Shown: positions 9,799-18,434 of the stretch, in pieces
How positions within the stretch are numbered: position 1 is the first letter of the stretch
Layout of the letters: every line of letters begins with the position of its first letter
Assembly: GCA_963665815.1 (NCBI GenBank)
Contig: OY762463.1
Coordinates: 2,400,001-2,464,000 of the forward strand
Reading direction: 5' to 3'
Length of the DNA: 64,000 nucleotides
Origin: Candidatus Cloacimonadales bacterium
Lineage (GTDB): Bacteria > Cloacimonadota > Cloacimonadia > Cloacimonadales > JAIOQZ01
Notes under the pieces: generated by a model
The model's input: only the letters and a program-made list of their open reading frames with translations
What the model was told of the DNA's origin: nothing
Database searches by the model: none
Translations under genes and position numbers: made by a program

Positions 9799-10665
9799 TT
9801 ATACTTTTCTGTTTATAATCATATCAATATCTTTTTCATAATCGACATAAGCATCTTTACGTATTTGTTTCAATGCCTGTTTCTGGATTTGTCTCACCCG
9901 TTCTCTGGAAAGCCCCAGTTCATCAGCGATCTGAGCAAAATTTCTTCCTTTCTCACCATCTAGTCCAAAGTAGGAACGAACTATATATGCGTCCCTTGAA
10001 GGAAGAGTATTTATGGATTCTTCAATCTTAGTCTGCATTCTATCTTTATAATAAAGGGTTTTAGGATCAAGTGTATCTTTATCTTCAATAAAATCCTTCA
10101 GATAAACAGTATCATTTTTACTGGAATAACTTATTTCATCGAATGACACAGTATCAACTGAATTTGTTTTCATGTTCATCAGGTCTCTTTTGGTCAGCGT
10201 AGTCTGTTCAACAAGAGAATCGTCGGACAGATGTTCTCCGGTTCTGTTAAATATTCTCTCCTGAATAGCCTTAACTTTATTGGCAGTGTTTGTTCTACCG
10301 AGTGGAACCCTGATCAAAGACGTTTTCTCAGCCAAAGCGAATAGAATACGCTGCTTAATCCACCAGACTGCATAAGATATCAGCTTGATCTCCTTGTATG
10401 GATCAAACTTCTCTATAGCTTTTATCAGCCCCATATTTCCTTCACTGATCAATTCAGACAGAGCCAGACCTCTATTCTGGTAATGAGAAGCTATTTTCAC
10501 AACAAACTTCAGATTAGATCGGATAAGCTTGTTAGTTGCAGCCATATCCCCCATTTTTGCCTTTACAGCAAGCTCATGTTCTTCTTCTCTGGTAAGAGTA
10601 TTAATATCTGCTATCTCATTCAGATATTTCTGCAACGCTTTGTCTTCAAAAACATTTTCTGCCAT
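9799..10665 (-). CDS. Sigma-70 family RNA polymerase sigma factor (RpoD/RpoS-like, no region 1.1)
   Basis: YLNEI (region 1.2), SNLKFVVKIA, LISEGNMGLIKAIEKFD, SYAVWWIKQ and LSRERVRQI (region 4.2). Confidence 0.93.
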   Translation of the reverse strand: MAENVFEDKALQKYLNEIADINTLTREEEHELAVKAKMGDMAATNKLIRSNLKFVVKIASHYQNRGLALSELISEGNMGLIKAIEKFDPYKEIKLISYAVWWIKQRILFALAEKTSLIRVPLGRTNTANKVKAIQERIFNRTGEHLSDDSLVEQTTLTKRDLMNMKTNSVDTVSFDEISYSSKNDTVYLKDFIEDKDTLDPKTLYYKDRMQTKIEESINTLPSRDAYIVRSYFGLDGEKGRNFAQIADELGLSRERVRQIQKQALKQIRKDAYVDYEKDIDMIINRKV

Positions 10666-10677
10666 TTCTAAATCCTG

Positions 10678-10989
10678 TTATACATTAAATTCATTAGCAT
10701 GATCACCAATAAAATCAAGTAATTCATCCGTATCCATTTCGAGCCTGTGAGCAAGCTCCATAATTATTTTGACTCCGGAAAAATTTATTCCATATTCCTG
10801 AGTCAGAGTAATTATCAATGTAATTTGTTCAATATCTTTTTTTGTGAATACTCGATAATTTGAGTCATTACGTGAAACATGAATCAGTTTTTTTCTTTCA
10901 TAAGTCCGGATTGTCTGATCATGTAGTCCGACAATTTTAGAAACTTCGCCTATTGAATAATATTTCTTTTTTTCGGAAGCCTTAAACAT
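10678..10989 (-). CDS. MerR-family transcriptional regulator (HspR-like)
   Basis: YSIGEVSKIVGLHDQTIRTYER HTH and LTQEYGINFSGVKII resemble HspR. Confidence 0.85.
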   Translation of the reverse strand: MFKASEKKKYYSIGEVSKIVGLHDQTIRTYERKKLIHVSRNDSNYRVFTKKDIEQITLIITLTQEYGINFSGVKIIMELAHRLEMDTDELLDFIGDHANEFNV

Positions 10990-10999
10990 TATATTTCCA

Positions 11000-12088
11000 T
11001 CAGATTGATCCGAGAACTTTCCGCGGATTAACTGCTTTACCTTTTATTCTGTATTCAAAGTGCAGATGTGCACCGGTTGAATGTCCTGTATTTCCAAGAG
11101 TAGCTATGGGCTGACCTTTTGTAACAGTATCCCCGAGCCTTACAAGATTTGATTCATTATGGGCATAGACAGTCATTATGGAACCTTTATGCTCCAAAAT
11201 AATTACATTCCCGTATCCTTTCTGAACTCCTTCATAAACAACTTTTCCTGCAAGGGCAGCATGAATAGGTGTACCTATTTTAGCCGCGATATCAATACCC
11301 TTATGCGGTTTGCCATTTCTCAATCCAAACTCGGATGTTACTGTACCTTTGACCGGAAGAAAAACTTTTGCATTAGCCACAGTTTTTACTTTTACAGCAG
11401 CAGTTTTCACAGATGTCTTCTTCTTAATACTACTGTCAGTTTTTTTAACACCCGTAGAAGCGGTTTTCTCGGGAACAGTACCTCTCAACTTAAGTTTCTG
11501 GCCAACATAAATGTTGTTACTTTCAAGATTATTCAGCTGTTTTATATCATCAACTGTAGTCTTGTAAATCCTTGCAATTCCATACAGAGTTTCTTTTTTC
11601 TCCACAATGTGATACATGGAATTGTCTTTTTCTACAATTTCTTGGAACTCTTTAATTTCAGAATCCGAATCACCAACAAGCTTGAGTTTCTGTCCTTCAA
11701 AGATAGTAAATGAATCCAGTTTATTGAAATCCATAAGATCATATTCTTCAATACCATACATTTTAGATATTCTATATATGGTTTCACCTTTTTTTACAAC
11801 ATGAAATCCGTTTTCAGGAATATTTTTCTGAGTCACATAAACCTGTTGAGCATTATCTTTTGGTGAAAAATATATCTTCTGACCAATAATAATTTTACTG
11901 TTTTTTATATTATTATAGGCAATTAACTTTTCCTTATCAATACCATACTTCCTGCTTATGGAATGAATTGTGTCACCTTTTTTAACAATATGATATTTTG
12001 CTGACTTCGTAATATATACCGGATCAGCATAAGACATTGTAACGAAAATAAATAAAATTAAATTTACAACTAATAAACTTCGTTTCAC
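11000..12088 (-). CDS. Three-LysM M23 family metallopeptidase (NlpD-like)
   Basis: Three H.VKKG.T...I LysM repeats; HKGIDI, YAHN and HLHFE M23 motifs. GTG start. Confidence 0.93.
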   Translation of the reverse strand: MKRSLLVVNLILFIFVTMSYADPVYITKSAKYHIVKKGDTIHSISRKYGIDKEKLIAYNNIKNSKIIIGQKIYFSPKDNAQQVYVTQKNIPENGFHVVKKGETIYRISKMYGIEEYDLMDFNKLDSFTIFEGQKLKLVGDSDSEIKEFQEIVEKDNSMYHIVEKKETLYGIARIYKTTVDDIKQLNNLESNNIYVGQKLKLRGTVPEKTASTGVKKTDSSIKKKTSVKTAAVKVKTVANAKVFLPVKGTVTSEFGLRNGKPHKGIDIAAKIGTPIHAALAGKVVYEGVQKGYGNVIILEHKGSIMTVYAHNESNLVRLGDTVTKGQPIATLGNTGHSTGAHLHFEYRIKGKAVNPRKVLGSI

Positions 12089-12112
12089 CTGAAATCACCT
12101 TAACTTTTTAGT

Positions 12113-12379
12113 TTATCTGATTTCGAAAGATCCATAATCTGCGCTATGTTCAATCAAAGTTTCATTAACATTTTCCACAATAGACATTCTGGGACCTTCT
12201 TTAATCTTCGATTTAAACTCACTGATAAGTGTCTGATCACCCTGTACAATTATTTTTACATCCCCATTATGAAGATTTTTGACATATCCCGACAGTCCAT
12301 ATAATACCGCCTGAGTAAGAGTAAAATATCTGAAACCTACTCCCTGAACTCTTCCGGATACTGTCAGCTCTTTAGTCAT
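12113..12379 (-). CDS. acyP: Acylphosphatase
   Basis: GRVQGVGFR and GYVKN motifs. Confidence 0.96.
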   Translation of the reverse strand: MTKELTVSGRVQGVGFRYFTLTQAVLYGLSGYVKNLHNGDVKIIVQGDQTLISEFKSKIKEGPRMSIVENVNETLIEHSADYGSFEIR

Positions 12380-12521
12380 TCAAAATCCTTAAACTATCAT
12401 AGTAAAAATCGAATTTTAAAATAAACACAATAACCTCAATCTGTCAAATTTTATTTTAATCAGTTTTGCAGGAGCCGGATTATTATTTATTGTTATACTG
12501 AACAAAATAATTGAAAATCAG

Positions 12522-12734
12522 TTATTCACTATCTTCAAGTATCATTCTGGCAAAATCTTCAATATTATCTGCCTTATATATTGTAAGTCCCTTTTTTTTA
12601 TCTCCCAGAACAATCAATTTGTCATGAGGTTTTATTTTATAATACTCTCTGGCTTTTTTGGGAATTACAATCTGCCCTCTCTCACCAACTGTCACAGTTC
12701 CACAGATACATTTTCCATTTTTAAATTCAAGCAT
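12522..12734 (-). CDS. AbrB/MazE/SpoVT-family DNA-binding protein (70 aa)
   Basis: VGERGQIVIPKKAREYYKIKPHDKL motif. Start moved to ATG 12734, which has a GAGGT RBS. Confidence 0.85.
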   Translation of the reverse strand: MLEFKNGKCICGTVTVGERGQIVIPKKAREYYKIKPHDKLIVLGDKKKGLTIYKADNIEDFARMILEDSE

Positions 12735-12805
12735 AATTACCTCTATAGGCGTTTTCAATAATAATGCTGCAGCCCGGTTTTCTGTCAATAATAAATAAAA
12801 AAGTT

Positions 12806-13100
12806 GGAATCCCCCCGTTTTTTCTTGAAAATCTGACTTCAAGAAAATTGGAAGGATTTTTAGCAGACATTTCTTAGAAAAATGCACTCTTCATTTTCTT
12901 TGGTGCCAAAGAAAACGAAACAAAAGAAAATTTAGAAGTTGATGAAATTGTAAATTTCATCGAAAAGCACTCTTTTTAAAATGTATTTCCAGTAAACTGG
13001 AACCATAAATTTTTCCTAAAATCCTTCCAAGGTTTCAGGATTTCTTAACGGTTAAATTTATTATACAGTAAAAAAGAGAAAATGCTATCATCAATGCAAA
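12806..13100. repeat. Multi-hairpin intergenic element (REP/MITE-like)
   Basis: Hairpins TTTTCTTGAA-N8-TTCAAGAAAA (about 12819-12847), TTTTCTTTGG-TG-CCAAAGAAAA (12894-12915), GATGAAATT-GTA-AATTTCATC (12941-12961) and TTCCAG-TAAA-CTGGAA (12987-13002). A 13-bp long-range inverted repeat links 12848-12860 and 13018-13030. Confidence 0.55.
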
Positions 13101-13224
13101 ACAATCATACTTAGTTCAAAGGTATTACATTGATTCATATTTTCCACTGGTTTACTGTTTCAATACTTTTATTTATAATAAGTTATACATACATTGTATT
13201 TGGGTTTCGGGGGAATGCCTATAA

Positions 13225-13259
13225 ATAAAAAAGAGGCTGTTGAAAATCCAACAACCTCT
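13225..13259 (-). terminator. Rho-independent terminator
   Basis: Minus-strand AGAGGUUGUUG-GAUUUU-CAACAGCCUCU (one G-U pair) followed by a U-run. Confidence 0.75.
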
Positions 13260-13411
13260 CAGATTCATCTGACTATCTTTGTGAAGATGTAAACTGTCAG
13301 TATGGGGTAGGCTTTGACTATATTTTATCAAGATTATGTTTAGATTAAAACTGACAGAACAAAGTCCTGCCAGTTATATTGGAGTCTTCTGCGAATCTAT
13401 CTGTGATTTTT
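13225..13411 (-). ncRNA. Candidate structured ncRNA of about 185 nt (6S-RNA-like rod), unverified
   Basis: Nested complementary blocks, a possible own promoter (TTGTAC-N18-CATAAT on the minus strand, 13447-13418) and an intrinsic terminator at the 3' end. Confidence 0.4.
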
Positions 13412-13418
13412 TTTACTA

Positions 13419-15599
13419 TTATGGTCCCGGAGGATCGTAGCGTACAATCAATACATTTGTATTGTTTGTAATGTCTGTACCTTCGATTTGAGCATTGATT
13501 TGAACATTCTGCTCGCCAGGAACACCATTTTGTGGTGGTGGACATTCATCAATACCAAATATAATTCTTGTCATTGCCATACCATTTACAAGTGAATTAC
13601 AATAACGTGGATCATCTGTTCCTTCAACTTTGTAAGGAGTTTGACCATTTCCATTTACGTAGAATTCGAAAACACCTCTGTCTGACCATAAACTGATTTC
13701 TGCATCTTTGATGTAGTTACCTTCCTGATCAGTTACTTCAAGAATTATAAGTGTTGATACTGTATCTGTAGCGTTACCTTGAGGACCATTGAAATCAACG
13801 TGACCAACTTGTGGGTACATTGTAAGTTGAGGTTCATTCATAGGCATTGCAAATTCAGTTGTTTGCGTTACACTACCACACTCAGCAGTTATTGTAAGTC
13901 TCTGGTTTGCATATGAGCCATCATATATCAATTTTGTGTAAGCAACACCAGCTGTAGAATCTTCTTCAGCATTAATGTTACCAACGTATGCTGCCGCATT
14001 AATTACAGCCCATTGAGGCTCAACAGCGTTTGGATCTGAGAAAGCTGGTCCTATAGAGAACCATACTGCTGTTCCCATAGCAACAGGGTTACCATAACGG
14101 TCAGTTACACTGGCGTTTACTTCGAGTTCCCAAAGACCACCGCCAATATTGTTAGCTGAGTTATAATCACCAATTGCCATATTGATATATCTTGGCATGC
14201 CACCATTAATAACGATATTTGATTTTGTAGCTGTAATAGCTGCAGGATCATTTACTGTCTCGCTGTTACTTACTTCAATGTAAACAGTACCGGATTCGCT
14301 TCCGCTGGAAACAGTTGCTCTGGCTTGTCCATTGTATGCTGTAACTTCAAGATAAGAATCTTCGTCTGTCACGTTTGTACCAATACGGCATCCTGCTGGA
14401 ATTGGTTGTTCTGATGCAAATCTGAAATACATATCTGTTGGTACATCAAGAAGATTACCAAAAGAATCATATAGATTTACAACGAGCTCAAATTGTTCTA
14501 AGCCACCGGTTCCCTGGATGTTAAGGTCAACTTGATCCTGAAAATCATACTGGATTGAGCTTAACTGAGAAGCACTGATTGTAAGTGCTGTTTCCGCATG
14601 AGCTGAATCTGCATCAGCCTGAATTGTTACAACCCCAGCTTGTGTTCCAACGCTGAATCTGTTTGTAACAGATCCATTATCATCTGTAGCCATCATTCCT
14701 GTTATGGAACCCATGGAAATTTCATGATCTCCTTCCATTCTGAAAGCTTTAAATGAAACATTAATTCCGTTCTTAACAGGATTATCGTATCTGTCGAGAA
14801 CCTGAGCCTGAATATCAGACCTCATTAAACTTACATCGTTCCCACCAATAACCAGATTAGTCCTTTCAGGTATTAAACTGATTTTGTTTGGACTGCCCGG
14901 ATTAACTGTTATCTCTTTTACAACCTTAACAGTATCAATTTCAATAGATACTGTTGCCAGCCCGGTTTTAGTTCCTGAGTTAAACAATGTTTTAGCAACA
15001 CCATTTGAAGCTTGCACCTGAGCTGATTGACCTACATCTGTTCCATCCTCAAGCTGAAAGTTACCAAGATCTGTTTTGAATGTAATAATTGTTCCATCCT
15101 GAACATTAGTATTATCAACATCTTTAGGATAAGCAACAATCTGAGATATCCTGTTAACAACCAGATTATCTACCGAGACTACATCAACTGTACCTACACC
15201 GGGTGTTTCAATGATATCAACGTAAACAAAGTCTGAACCACCCTTAACTTCGGCTGTTACTTTTGCAGTACCCTTATAACCATGATCTCTCAATATAACC
15301 GCTGCTATACCACTTGAATCAGTGACTGCAGAGTTCACAATACTTCCAAGAGAGGTTCTGAAATTAACAGCTACTCCCATCGGGGCATTGCCTTTTGAAT
15401 CGGAAACTTTAGCTTCGATTTTTGCAACAGTAATATTATTGTCGGCATAAATAGATATGTTCCCGCCCGTTCTTTCAAGTTCCTCGGGTACAAGTATTTT
15501 AACCGAGTAATTACCATTAGTTGTGTTTCTGTCATCACATCCGATAACCGATAAAAAAACAACCATTATGGCAACAAGTAATATAAAAGTATTTTTCAT
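13419..15599 (-). CDS. Surface lipoprotein with tandem Big-1/invasin-type Ig-like domains
   Basis: Lipobox VIGC; repeated 'V.D..GNPV..G..V.F' Big-1 motifs. Confidence 0.8.
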   Translation of the reverse strand: MKNTFILLVAIMVVFLSVIGCDDRNTTNGNYSVKILVPEELERTGGNISIYADNNITVAKIEAKVSDSKGNAPMGVAVNFRTSLGSIVNSAVTDSSGIAAVILRDHGYKGTAKVTAEVKGGSDFVYVDIIETPGVGTVDVVSVDNLVVNRISQIVAYPKDVDNTNVQDGTIITFKTDLGNFQLEDGTDVGQSAQVQASNGVAKTLFNSGTKTGLATVSIEIDTVKVVKEITVNPGSPNKISLIPERTNLVIGGNDVSLMRSDIQAQVLDRYDNPVKNGINVSFKAFRMEGDHEISMGSITGMMATDDNGSVTNRFSVGTQAGVVTIQADADSAHAETALTISASQLSSIQYDFQDQVDLNIQGTGGLEQFELVVNLYDSFGNLLDVPTDMYFRFASEQPIPAGCRIGTNVTDEDSYLEVTAYNGQARATVSSGSESGTVYIEVSNSETVNDPAAITATKSNIVINGGMPRYINMAIGDYNSANNIGGGLWELEVNASVTDRYGNPVAMGTAVWFSIGPAFSDPNAVEPQWAVINAAAYVGNINAEEDSTAGVAYTKLIYDGSYANQRLTITAECGSVTQTTEFAMPMNEPQLTMYPQVGHVDFNGPQGNATDTVSTLIILEVTDQEGNYIKDAEISLWSDRGVFEFYVNGNGQTPYKVEGTDDPRYCNSLVNGMAMTRIIFGIDECPPPQNGVPGEQNVQINAQIEGTDITNNTNVLIVRYDPPGP

Positions 15600-15977
15600 T
15601 TTTCCTCCAACAGACTACTTTTCAAATTAATATTACACGTTCTGTGCCAATCAGTATTTACAGTATATCATCATATATAACAATCAGTTAAGCACAACTC
15701 ATCATAATTAGTATAAGTTGATTATCATATTTGATTTATGAAGTCGAACAGTACTATGTTTTTCCTCTGTATCCCACTGATAATACATTACTTACTCAAT
15801 AAAGGTCATTTCAGAGATTGTTTTCAAAATTGATAAGGGAAGAAATACAAAAAATGACTGCATTCAGTAATATGTCAGAATATCTGAAAATTGATGTATA
15901 ACAGATAATGAGTCATAATTTATTTGACAACTAAATATAAAATAACTTTCTGAAGAAAAAACAACTAGGAAGTATTT

Positions 15978-16763
15978 ATGAGTGCAGAAAAGGTAATTGA
16001 AATTCGTGATCTTAAAATGAAATATTCTCATGATGGTGAATATGTGTTAAACGGAATTGATCTTGATATCACCCCGGGGCAGATTATAGGATATATAGGA
16101 CCTAACGGTGCAGGGAAAACTACAACGCTGAAATTAATCCTCAACCTGCTTGAAGGTTATGAAGGAACAATATCCGTTTTCGGTCAAAACATAGCCATGG
16201 AAAAAGTTGATTACAAATATAGAATCGGGTATGTTCCGGAACATGGAGAGCTTTATGAAAACCTTACAGGATACGAAATGCTTGAGTTCTTCGGTAAAAT
16301 ATATAAAGTAAAAAAAGAGGCATTGGACTCAAAGATAAAACGTCTTACAGCACTATTCAAAATTGATGACAGTCTCCATGAAAGAATTTCGTCTTACTCA
16401 AAAGGTATGAAGCAGAAGCTGCTCATAATCTGCTCTCTTATTCACAACCCGGATATACTCTTCTTTGATGAACCCCTTAACGGTCTTGATGCTAATAGTG
16501 TGCAGGTTTTCAAGGAAATCATCAGTATGCTGGCAAAAGAAGGCAAAACAATATTCTACAGCTCTCATATTATGGATGTCGTGGAAAAAATCAGCAGCAG
16601 AATTATTCTGCTTAATAAGGGTAAAATTGTTGCAGACGGCACATTTGAAGAACTGAAATCAACAAGTATGTCAGGTACTCTGGAATCTGTTTTCAGTGAA
16701 ATGACCGGATTCAACGAATCAAAAGAAATCGCTGCCGACTTTGTTAACAGCCTCAAAGACTAA
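15978..16763 (+). CDS. ABC-2 type transporter ATP-binding protein
   Basis: GPNGAGKTT, YSKGMKQK, FFDEP and SSH motifs. Confidence 0.95.
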   Translation: MSAEKVIEIRDLKMKYSHDGEYVLNGIDLDITPGQIIGYIGPNGAGKTTTLKLILNLLEGYEGTISVFGQNIAMEKVDYKYRIGYVPEHGELYENLTGYEMLEFFGKIYKVKKEALDSKIKRLTALFKIDDSLHERISSYSKGMKQKLLIICSLIHNPDILFFDEPLNGLDANSVQVFKEIISMLAKEGKTIFYSSHIMDVVEKISSRIILLNKGKIVADGTFEELKSTSMSGTLESVFSEMTGFNESKEIAADFVNSLKD

Positions 16764-16778
16764 TACCGGGAGAGTCGA

Positions 16779-18431
16779 ATGAAAAACTTTCTAATGATTC
16801 GATTTCTTGATCTGTTCAGATGGTTGTTCACAGCTCTGAACTATGACTATGAAACTATCAGAATGGTGCTTCAGCTTAAATTCACAGTGGCTTCGCGCCG
16901 ACCTATCATGAATCTGGGAGCAAAAAAGAAAAATAAAGAAATTAAGAACAGTACTCTTCCGGCAGTAGGATTCCACTTTTTTATGGGAATCATGGTTATT
17001 ACAATGATTGCGGGATTGAGTGAAAAATCAGTATTTATGGGAGTTGGACTTTTCTTCCTCATTCAGATGGTTTTCATATTCATGTCGCTGTTCGCAGAAT
17101 TCTCTGTGTCATTTCTGGACACTATTGATTCAACACTTTTATTACCGACTCCAATTGACAGAAAATCACTTAATGCCGCTAAAAACCTGCATATTGTATT
17201 ATTTTATCTGCAGCTTGTATTGGCTCTTTCAATTCCAAGCACAATATATCTTGGTAAAATGTACGGAATTGCCCCTGCTGTTGTATTTTTCTTATCGAAT
17301 ATTCTGTCAATGATGTTCCTCATCGTACTTATTTCGATTATATATGGACTGCTGATAAATAAGTTTTCCGGTGAAAAGCTGAAGGATATGGTAAACAGGG
17401 TGCAAGTCATAATGACTTTGATTGTAATTGGCAGCTATTATTCCACAGTCTACAAAATGGAATTCTTCATAAAACATGTTGAATCTATTGTGGACAGTAA
17501 ACTTATATATGCAATTCCACCACTCTGGTTTTCTTCACTTACAACAGCAATAATTGAAAAGAATTTCAGTACCCAATATATTATTCTCTCATCAGTAGCT
17601 TTATTCGTATCTGTTTTCGGATATATAATATATGTAAGATGGATTGCTCCGGAATATGAAAATAACCTTCTGAAATTCACAACTCATGATAAAGGGAAAG
17701 CAACAAAGAAAAAAGTCGGTTTCTTCAGCGGAATACTTTCCAATACTTCTTTTGCACCTTATTTTCAGTTGTCTGACAGAATGATTTCCACTGACAGAAA
17801 ACTGAAATTATCAATATTTCCAATTATTGGGATGGCAATATTCTTTTCGATTATATTCCCTATCTTAAAAAGTGATAATATTGCAGAGATGGGACAGGTC
17901 AGAGGGGAATCTATAATGATGTATATGGTATCATTGTTTTCCCTGCAGATTCTTATGTTTACGAACTACAGCGAGCATGCTAAAGCTTCCTGGCTTTTCC
18001 GCTATATACCGTTAGAATCTCCTGTGAATCTGGTGAAAGGTGCAGTTTTAGCATTATATCTGAAATTCCTGCTGCCAATGTATCTTGCAACAGGTATAGG
18101 TTATCTTGTTCTGTTCAAAGGGAAAATCCTGTTAGACGTAATTGCGTTCCTTCTGAATTCATCACTAATCTGTCTGGTATTTCTTCTTATCAGTAAAAGG
18201 GAATTACCCTTCTCAAATGAGTATCAGGGAAGATCTGCCGTAAACACAAGATCCTGGATTTTTTTATTTGCTACTTTTGTACTTGCTCCTGTAGTAGGTG
18301 GAACTCACTTCCTGATGATATGGCTGGAATTCAATATGTTATACTATATCCCGGTGCAGATAATCCTGTTAGCTGCTGCCTATAAAGGATACTTTGCCAT
18401 GACCTGGCAGGACTTGAAAGAAGTTCAGTAA
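16779..18431 (+). CDS. ABC-2 type permease, paralog 1
   Basis: About 12 hydrophobic segments; follows the ABC ATPase; FLDTID..LL.PTPIDRK and LPFS motifs shared with paralog 2. Confidence 0.8.
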   Translation: MKNFLMIRFLDLFRWLFTALNYDYETIRMVLQLKFTVASRRPIMNLGAKKKNKEIKNSTLPAVGFHFFMGIMVITMIAGLSEKSVFMGVGLFFLIQMVFIFMSLFAEFSVSFLDTIDSTLLLPTPIDRKSLNAAKNLHIVLFYLQLVLALSIPSTIYLGKMYGIAPAVVFFLSNILSMMFLIVLISIIYGLLINKFSGEKLKDMVNRVQVIMTLIVIGSYYSTVYKMEFFIKHVESIVDSKLIYAIPPLWFSSLTTAIIEKNFSTQYIILSSVALFVSVFGYIIYVRWIAPEYENNLLKFTTHDKGKATKKKVGFFSGILSNTSFAPYFQLSDRMISTDRKLKLSIFPIIGMAIFFSIIFPILKSDNIAEMGQVRGESIMMYMVSLFSLQILMFTNYSEHAKASWLFRYIPLESPVNLVKGAVLALYLKFLLPMYLATGIGYLVLFKGKILLDVIAFLLNSSLICLVFLLISKRELPFSNEYQGRSAVNTRSWIFLFATFVLAPVVGGTHFLMIWLEFNMLYYIPVQIILLAAAYKGYFAMTWQDLKEVQ

Positions 18432-18434
18432 ATC

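Noticed and set aside
12522-12734. Toxin-antitoxin module
   Set aside because: The AbrB-type gene has no adjacent toxin ORF.
12735-12887. N-terminal extension of the AbrB-family ORF (121-aa version)
   Set aside because: It runs through the hairpin element; the RBS and domain start support ATG 12734.
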